NCBI GenBank assembly: GCA_977018835.1
Contig: OZ361256.1
Coordinates: 4,092,001-4,156,000, forward strand
Direction: 5' to 3'
Length of the DNA stretch: 64,000 bases
Origin: Minutocellus sp. GHC0000111
Lineage: Eukaryota
In this document: one piece after another, positions 55,344-64,000 of the stretch
Layout of the letters: the number at the start of each line of letters is the position of its first letter
Position numbering within the stretch: position 1 is the stretch's first letter
Made by a program: the position numbers and the translations under genes
The notes under the pieces: generated by a model
The model's input: only the letters and a program-made list of their open reading frames with translations
Database searches by the model: none
Told to the model about the DNA's origin: nothing

Positions 55344-58300
55344 ATGGACACCACCATCGAAGCTGGCGCTACTACGCCCGTCCTCTACACTAAAAGATGT
55401 GCTGCCAAGCAGCTAAAGACGGCGCTAGAAGCCTCAGGTCGCATCGATGTCGACCACAGAATGGGAGCTGCTGATCCGGCTGCATTCGCCTCATCTTCCA
55501 CCCGCAGTGAATGGAGGGAGGAGGGAGCGACGTGCTCGTCAGATGAATGCATTTGCATACCAGTGACGAATACATGTCTCAAAGAATACGAAGAGTGGCA
55601 CGAAAGTGGGTCGGAAGAAGTTGAGAACGGTGGTTGTGACTGGAAACGTCTCGTCGTCGCTTCAGGCCGACAGCACTGCATGGCAAGCGCATCTGCAAGT
55701 GCCAGAGCAAAGCAGGGAGGTCGACGAAAACGACAGTACAAGGCAGCGAATACTGACGGCCACGACCAACATCAGTACGAACCAACATTGACTCAACAAG
55801 CAATCATCGAAATGGTACAGCAATTGAATCCATCAGGATGTGAGAGGAAGGAAGTCGTTCGGACTATCATGGCACTCTCTGCTAAAGTTTGTCCTCACAA
55901 GCTGGAACGATGTGGAGATGATCGTTGTCTCGTCATTCCACGAAGTGCCTTGAGGGTAGACGAGAAGAGCAATATCGACGAATTCCGTGCATTTATCCCG
56001 ACGAAAAAGAGGCCTACTCCCGAGACAACCTCGACCACCTCTGTCACATCTGCAGCTGCTCAGTCAAAACCGTCGTCTGGAGGTGGAAACTTGATTCCGA
56101 AAAAGAAGCGCAAGACAGAGGCTACAAGTACATCCAAAGGCTCTGGACTTTCCTTGATCGAAACGTCGCCCGTCCCAAAGAAGGGAAAGATGAGCGCAAC
56201 GAGTGATAGTTCTATCGTGCCACTGCGGAAATCAGGAAGCTCCGCTCTCACGCAACGAATCAAGCGAAAGGATCGTGATGATACTCCATCTACTTCCAGT
56301 CTTATAGCAGCTTCAAGCCGTGGCGCAGTCAAAGCTCCGTCGACAACCGCGGCCCGTTCTACGCCCCCGATGAAGATGAAAGAATACAGCGTCTCTTTTA
56401 ATTCCAAAGATCCGCTGGGATTCTTTGTTATTACAGAGAACCAAAACGGCCGGTCGGTGTGCAAAATCACTTCTGTTAGTCCCAAGACAACTGCGAAGGA
56501 TCCTCGTATTCCAGAAGGAACCATTGTGGTTGGCACAGGTATGGTCAAGACCCCCGTAAGCACTCATGGGGAGCTTCGCCGAAAATACGAAGAAGAGAGG
56601 AGTACCACCGGAGGCAATTTTATTCTGCACCTCATCAATGCCGACGTTACAGCTTCGAATATGCCGAAAGCCGTCAATAGTAAGGCCATAGGATCGAAGA
56701 AAGGAGATTGGTCGACCAGTGGTGCATTTCGAGGTTTCAGTCGCGTTGGTGGGTGGGATGGCTGCTCCAAAAAGCTCCAAAATCAACAGGACCTTGAAGG
56801 AGCAAAAGAACTCAGGTCCTCGAGAGCGCGGCATATGCCATCTGTCTCTCGTTATATGCCCCGTGGCTCCATAAATTCCCCTGTGGCTCGCCCATCGGCC
56901 CAACAAGTAAGCCGGGGAGGGAACAGTATCAGAGGTAAAGTTGGTCCTGTCCAATCAATATTGAGAAAGGATGGTGATGCTACGACCAAGGTGCCTACTC
57001 AAGAATCCTTAAAATCCGCCGCGAAAGATAGTGAAGAAGTAGACGAGGACGCTCCAAAGGTGACCAAAATCAAATTCTTGCCAGATGAAGACCTAGAGCA
57101 AGTCAAAATGTTCTCGCAGGAAGATGATCATCGAAATATCATCGAGGATCCCGTTCCACCGCCCGGTCTTCGTCCTGGAGGAAACGATTCTCTTTCTTAT
57201 GCCATTGAACACAAGACCTATGAGGATGTTCTGGCTTTGGTTGAAAAGGGTGCGCATGTCAACACGTGGGATTCTGAGGGTATTCATCCAATGGATAGAG
57301 CGACACGTAAGTACGACGCTCTGAAGAAGCAAAAGCACGATCTTAGAGCCCGTCCTGCCAGTCAGGTTGTGGCAGAGTTAGAGCGCGTTGAAGGGGCAAT
57401 GCAGGATGCGGATCTCAAGTACCGAATCATGAAACTTTATCGCGATTCCGAGCGTATTATCGACTTGGCCGAGGCGTTGAAATTTAAAATGTGGTGTAAG
57501 ATGGAGGTCACCGTGAAGGGTGTTCGAAGACTCGATCTTACTCCAAAAGCAAAGAATCATTCTTCAAAAAATATGATTTTTCACCAGTTCCATTGCGATG
57601 GCGGCCATTCGTCCGATGGAAGGGACCCTTCAATGGCTCCACTCGGGGCTTCATCGCATTGGCCAAATGAAGAGAAGTATACATTTGAATTCAAAAATGA
57701 TACCGCGTACAAAGAGGAACACGAAACACATTATTTGGATATCAATCTATTCAAAGGTGATCCGAATGGGCCCAATATTCGTCTCACAAAGTGGAAAGAT
57801 TCCGTCGATCGCATTCGCAACATGTCTAAGAGATTGGAAGAAGTCGAGGGTGAACTGCATAAGAATGAATTTATCCACGATGGCTTTCTTGTGATGGGTA
57901 AGATGCAAATGTATGTTGTGTGCACATGAGCTTACGTGCGCTCTTGATCGTATTGCGGCGCATGTGATGTTATTCTTTGTGCGCTCTTCTGACTTCCATT
58001 TTCCTTTTCGCTTGTTACCGTCTGTCCAACAGGTCTCCAAGTACTCGAAATGGATGACGATTTGATCGAGAGGAAAAGAAGTGACATTATCAAAGGGTAA
58101 GTGTTCCGCGAGAGATTTCAAAATGCGTATTATTTGTAAATTTTATCTCCTAAACACACATGTTGTCCGCGATCATTCCCCCCTTCCACTAAATGGATTG
58201 TCGAAATTGATGGACAAGATCGACGTAGTTAGAAAAGACATTGCCAAGGTCAAGAATGGAAAAGCAAGCCTCCCCGGCAATATTTCAATACCCTTGTCAC

Positions 58301-61287
58301 ATAATTTGAGTCTTCTACATGCAGCAGTATTCGCTCACGATGAAGACTCTATCAAGCGACTACTCGATTCTTATGACGCCGACCCAACATCACTGGGCCT
58401 GTATGGAACAGCTTTGAGTTTGGCCGTCGATGAAATGGAGCAAGCTCGTGATGGAAACTCGGACCCTCAAGTAATACAGAAGCTCAAGAGAATCATGGAC
58501 TCACTTAGAAAGGCCGCCGCTGCGAAAGAAAAGGCAGGTGCCGACGCTACCGCCCTGCAAAAAACGGCAAATGCCGCCGACGCCGATGCCGCTGCGACCG
58601 AGGCAAGGGCAAAGAATAAGAAAGAAAGCAAAAGTAAGACAGCAGAGGTTGGGGCAAGCAATGCAAATCATGATGGCGAGGAGAAGAAATCGGACGAGAC
58701 TTCAAGTAAACCAACGCCCTCGCTCCAGAGCACCTCTTCTCAAGGAGAGCGAGATCTTGTCATTGGTGTAGAAACCAGCAAAAGAGCCGTTTCGAATCTT
58801 CCCGCATGGATGTCTAAGGAAGAAAAAGAGGCTTCGCAAGCCAAAACAGATGCCCCAAAGACTGGTGTCGTTGAAGAAGCTGCTGCTACTGGCACAACAA
58901 TGGAACCCGTACCGCGGGGCGACATGACTAGAGAGGAGCAAGTTAGCAGAATTCCTCTCCCAATACTCTCCAACGACCATTGGCTCCCCGAGGTTAAAAG
59001 GATGAGGAATACGAAGAATAGGAAGTGTGGAAAATTCGAGGGTCAAGGTTGTACTTTTGGCGTCAATTGTCGTTACGCTCACGTCCACGGCAAGGTAGGT
59101 CCTGTCCTCGATAGCCCGAATTTCACCACAAAGCAGAGAATGGTCGATGATTTTGTCCCACGAAATTACATCTTTACTCTCACTCGAAGCAATGATCGTG
59201 GCAAGCGATACCATACTGCCGCCTTTTGCCACAGCAAAGACGATATCATTTACTACGCCGAGCGAGGCCAAGGATCTTTTCTGAGCAGGCAGGGTGTCTA
59301 CTGGTACCGCACCATAGACTATGCCATGCAAGCTGTCCAGAGAGTTGTTTATTGCATCGTGAGTCCCGAGGGAACCGCCTTGCGAAAGGGCTTTCGCCAA
59401 AATGAGGATGAAGGCAAAAGAAAGCGAGCTGACGAAAACAATACCGAGGCAGGTCTGAGTTCCGGCTCCAAGAGACAAAAACAAGATACTATTATGAAGA
59501 GCGAGGAGGATAAACAGGCCGAATTCCAGAAGATTGCAAAGCAGATGGGGCTTTTAGGTGACGAGCCCACCCAGCGATCTCGGTCGCCGTCTCCTGTGCC
59601 TCCAACTACCAACACCCAAGAATTGACGCGAAGTACCAGCGGATGGCGGACATCAGTGACATCAGTAGCTGCCGCTGCAGTGACAGGGTCGACGCTTACT
59701 AGTAGCTCAAGTCAAAAGAATTCTAAGCTGAAGTGGCAACCGCCAACTGCTGGCAGCGCCACTGAACCAGTACCTGATGCTCCTACACTTATGGCACCAC
59801 CCTCGAAGCCTGTCCCAAAACCTTCGGCCAAGAAATCGGTGGGATCAGATCTGGCTCCGGCGCCGGAGCAGGCGCCTGCTCCAGCGCCAGCACAAGCGGC
59901 GGCAGCAGCACCTTCTGAGGCTGCAGCAGCATCATCCACCACAAAAGAGGACAAGGCCATGGATGTATCAGAGCTACCGGGCCTCGCCAAGAATTGGGTC
60001 GAGTCGAATCATCGGGTACACCCTCCTATTGGCAGTATTCTAAACAACGACACTTGGTGCAGGCTTGCAATGTCTGAAATGGAAGGCGAAAGGTCCGAAG
60101 GGTACGAGATCAAGGAAGAAATGAATGACGACACCTTTGATCTCTACTACACCGCCGCCTATGTCGATCCCTCAGCCGATTTTATCTACTATTCCGAACA
60201 GGGTGAAGGTGCAAAGCTGAATCCTACGACGGGTGTTTGGTGGTATGACTCCGAGGAGGCTGCCAAGCTTGCCGTGAAGAGAGTTGCCGCTGCTGCCCAG
60301 AAGACAAGGAGAGATGCAGCGCCAATGTTCGAAGAGAATGAGATCATAGTGGAAGAAGAAGAAGAAAAGCCAGCGATTATCGACGCGAGCAAGCCCGCGG
60401 TCAATGACGACTCATCTCTCAGTAACATGTCGATTGACGAGGAAGACGATGAGCCTGGTTCAGCACAACCCCCTTCTTCCAAGGTCGTTGATGAGTTGCC
60501 GATTTTAGATTCTCGTGACTGGGTGAAGGGGAAGTCAGTCCGCTGCAGATATTTCAACACCCCAAATGGATGCGGTCGAGTCAAGAGCTGTGATTTTGCG
60601 CATGTTCAATCTCCAATATCTCCCACATTGCTGACAAATGTCGATGTGACCAAGGTTGCTCAAGTTTCGAAGGAACACATCCACCAAAAGGAGGCCCTGA
60701 CCAATTCGTTTGATTTGTTTTACACCGCTGCTTATCTAGATCCAGATGAAAATGTCATTTATTACTCCCAGGGCGGTAATGCTGTCGGAGTAAACACTCA
60801 AGGTATATGGTGGTATTCAGAGGAAGAAGATGCCATTGACGCCGTCAAACGAGTCGTCGTAGCTACTGCTCCACAGAGAGCCAGCAGGAGCGCTTCTGGA
60901 GCAGCCGAGAGAACAAGTACCAGAAGCAAGACTCCACTGTCTCAAAACGAGGTAATGAGGCGACTGGGAAAGATTTCCAATCTTCAGCCTGTGCTCCAAA
61001 AGGCATTTCCAGGCGGAGTCCTACTGCGAAGAGACTGTTGGCAAATTAGGCACAGCGCAGATGGGTATGCTGTACGATTCCGCCCACCGCAAGAAACAAA
61101 AACTGGAATATCTGTCGTTGGTCCAAACTGGAGAGCCGGGACAATGAGAGATTCCGTCTGGTGGTACAAGGACGAGCGGACAGCCAAAAATGCTGCCTTT
61201 ATGCGATTTCTCGAGTTGTGTGTGGACCGTGGATATCTCAAAGACGTTGCCCACAATCTCGATGGACGTAAGTTATTGGATCAATAA
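55344..61287 (+). CDS. Large multidomain protein: PDZ-like, ankyrin, C2-like, ankyrin, two CCCH zinc fingers and four copies of a GxWWY module; intron 57898-58032 and a probable second intron from ~58097
   Basis: LSYAIE...LVEKGAHVN..D.EGIHP and SLLHAAV...LLDSYDADP..GTALSLA (ankyrin); C-x6/7-C-x5-C-x3-H twice; GTAAG donors at 57898 and 58097. No canonical AG acceptor is visible for the second intron. Confidence 0.65.
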
Positions 61288-62020
61288 TAGATGCACCTAG
61301 GTACCTTGCTGCTTCGATTCATCCTGCAATTCATTCGATCCATTCTTACCGGTACATGTATTCCTTCAGCAGCTGCTGCGCGCCGAGTGAGTGATGATTA
61401 CATGTACCGGTACATGTATTCGGTCGATCGATTCAACTCGCGTCCACCCGTCGTCCGGCCCTCTTGGACCACACGCCTCATCGTGCTGTCAATTTTTGAA
61501 TGGTCCGTCCGTCGCGTCGGTTTTTAGCGGGTGCGCCACATGCTCGTTTTATCGAAAGACGCAGACCATTTGCTTCCTGCCCGTGCGTGCAGCGTGCCTA
61601 CATGATGATACCAAGAAGTACATTGCATACAACAAAGCTAATGGTGGCGTTGGCGGATCCATCGACCGCCTCGTGGCCTTTTGATACATGTGTTTATTTA
61701 TTTGGCACATCATCATTTTTGTGCTGATTTTTTGCATTTCGATTTTTGAGTGAAGTCTTGGTTTGAAAACTCATGTTGATTGCCGCCACTTCTTGGCCCG
61801 ACCCAGCCAAGAGGCCATCCTGTTGATGGATAGAACGGTAAGTCAATGGCATTGGGGCATATTGCTTCGAGCTTATATGTACTGCATCACATTTCATTCA
61901 TCTCACGGTGTTGTTGCCTTGTATGCCCTTTTGCCTCTTTGCCAATACAGCCTGCTCTTCCGTCCGTTCTCCTCTCTCGAGTATCAGTGTCCGTTGCCTG
62001 CCCCCTTTGGCTCCTCGGAC

Positions 62021-64000
62021 ATGAGCAAGAAGGGCAAGAAGAAAGGCAAGAGGAAGGCGAGTGGGCCCGCGACCAAATCTTGCAATGGCTGTGGTAGAGA
62101 ATTGCCTCAAGATGACTACAGCAAGAAGCAATGGGGCAGAGAAGGTGGCGCTTGCATCACCTGCACCAATAAGAAGACGAGGAAGCACAATGCTGACGCC
62201 AAGGCTAGAGCTATTGCAGCAAAGACCGAGAGTCAGAGGGTTGAATCTGCTCCATTAGCCGTAGATCGTTCATTGGCAGCATTGCGTGCCCCTAGCAAGA
62301 AGGCATTGACCACTACTGTTGCTGGCAACAAGCCGAAGGCGGCCGTCTCTGCATCTGTACCCAATACCAGATCTGAGTCGTTACTGCTGGAGGATCGAGG
62401 TACTACGACGGCGGCCGGCTCTGCATCTGCTCCCAATACTAGATCTGAGTCGTCACTGCCGAAGGATCGACGTATCGTTGGTGGTACTGGTGGTGGATCT
62501 GCGACGGCGGCCGGCTCTGCATCTGCTCCCAATACCAGATCTGAGTCGTCACTGCTGGAGGATCGAGGTACTACGACGGCGGCCGGCTCTGCATCTGCAC
62601 CTCGATCTGCGACGGCGGCCGTCTCTGCATCTGCTCCCAATACCAGATCTGAGTCGTCACTGCTGGAGGATCGAGGTACTACGACGGCGGCCGGCTCTGC
62701 ATCTGCTCCCAATACCAGATCTGAGTCGTCATGATTTATCTTCTGACTTTGTCAAAAAGCCTCGCAGTTGGAGGAGACGGATTGCATCGGTTGCTAGCTC
62801 ATCAGATGATGACGACGGCGGCACCAAACTGCCCAGCAGCAGTGACGAGCCCGCTGCCGACGAGGAATGCTCAATCATCGATGCGCTGGGTGTCGATAGT
62901 GCAGAGATTTTGCGGAAGATGGTTTCAGGTCGCAAACCAGCTTCTATCCAGCTTAGTCTTCGGTCAGTGCTTGACCTTATGAGTATCGCCAAGGCGCACA
63001 ATGCGTGCCGTGTGGGCTGCCCTCGATCTGTGTGGAACACAGTCCACGAGGAAACAGCAGCAAGGACGAGGCTATCTCTTCCCATGGGCAGTGCAAGCGA
63101 GACCAAGGCCCAAGCTCTGCGAAATCTCTACATGAGAAACTACGATGATCACAATAACAAGGATGGCATTGTCATGATGACGATGTTGGCTGAATCGGTT
63201 GAATCTGATGTCAACCGATTCCCGTCCGGGGTGAACTTTGTATTGGAACGTTATTGCAGGGGAGAAGGTGGTCGATACGAAGCGTGTCAAACAGCCACCG
63301 AATCAGCAGGAGCTCTCCGCCATCGGGTGGATGCCATTGTCTCATCGAATTGGAGAGATCCGCGGGATGGACTCAAATCTGAGGTTGCAAAAGTATTTTG
63401 ACTCAAGCCCAAGAGTCGGCCGGTCCCGCCTCCTTGCATCGACGCTGCTAGTATTGAAAAGTTGAAAGTAATTGTCGAGCTACAGCAAATGCCCTCCGCT
63501 CTTTTCCGACGCATTTTGAGTTGCTTCAGGGAGGAGTCGTATGGCCCTGGTGACATCATCGTAAGAGCAGGAAAAGCAAGCAGGCTTTGCCTTTGTATCG
63601 ATGGTCACGTTAGGATTAGCATTCTCAACGACAATGGAACTTTCAAGGAGACTCGATCCATCCGCCCGGGTCAGTATTTTGGCGAAGGGATCTTGCTTCC
63701 AGTAGGTGCTGAACGTCGCCCCGCTCTCTTAACTGCTTTAGCTGTTGACGCCGATACAAAGTGCCTTACTTTGGATCAATCTCAATATGATCGCGCAATC
63801 GTCCAATGCTCTTTCGACTCAATCATTGACAGGGACAGTCCGTCCTCGTGGGGAGAGATACTCGCCACAGCAGGTACCGACACCGAGCGTCAGTGCATCG
63901 GGATGAGACGCTGCAAGAAAGCTACCGCTGCACGCTTATTGCAGACTTGGAAAAGGTATTGCAAAGAGATTCCAGAAAGCAGCACAGAAGCGAGCGACAT
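62021..64000 (+). CDS. Stc1-like zinc finger + tandem repeats + cyclic-nucleotide-binding domain protein; interrupted (frame break ~62731, in-frame TGA 63399-63401); runs off the window
   Basis: CNGCGRELPQDDYSKKQW...CITC; after the TGA the frame continues as FREESYGPGDIIVRAG...LCIDGHV...IRPGQYFGEGILL...RPALLTA (cNMP-binding pattern). Confidence 0.65.
62337..62731 (+). repeat. Imperfect 72-nt coding tandem repeat (about 5 copies)
   Basis: Unit CCCAATACCAGATCTGAGTCGTCACTGCTGGAGGATCGAGGTACTACGACGGCGGCCGGCTCTGCATCTGCT, encoding PNTRSESSLLEDRGTTTAAGSASA. Confidence 0.95.

Noticed and set aside
62337..62731. CRISPR-like array
   Set aside because: Units are contiguous, in-frame and lack unique spacers; no cas genes; eukaryotic context.
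63399..63401. Second selenocysteine codon
   Set aside because: Context KVF*LKP is not a redox motif, the gene has another lesion, and the 3' UTR is outside the window.
30270..64000. cAMP signalling cluster (cyclase-like, GPCR, cNMP-binding genes)
   Set aside because: The genes are 5-30 kb apart with unrelated genes between, and GPCR and cNMP families are large in diatoms.

Overview
This is gene-dense eukaryotic nuclear DNA with short GT-AG introns, most likely from a diatom (ASAF-type bipartite plastid presequences, a DUF6824 protein, RXL-motif secreted proteins, a KxxK silaffin-like repeat protein). About 25 protein genes are recognisable, including a plasmepsin V-like protease, SNF2 helicase, DHODH, ABHD hydrolase, mTERF, RRP15, a GPCR and an LRR-Roc-COR-trypsin fusion. 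Many are split by 1-nt indels in homopolymer runs, which looks like long-read consensus error rather than true pseudogenisation. The most striking structure is at 45998-55317: two inverted ~2.6-kb copies of an internally deleted Transib/RAG1/Chapaev-type DNA transposon. Each end starts with CACAGC and carries a CGGATGA box exactly 12 nt after the terminal heptamer at one end and 23 nt after it at the other, an RSS-like 12/23 asymmetry. The copies enclose a 4.1-kb segment, possibly inverted. It holds a 3'-truncated 5S rRNA gene, a DEDDh exonuclease, and an apparently plastid-targeted AhpC/TSA-like selenoprotein (in-frame TGA in UxxC plus a SECIS candidate) that the ORF track splits in two. All family calls are by motif recognition only; no searches were run.
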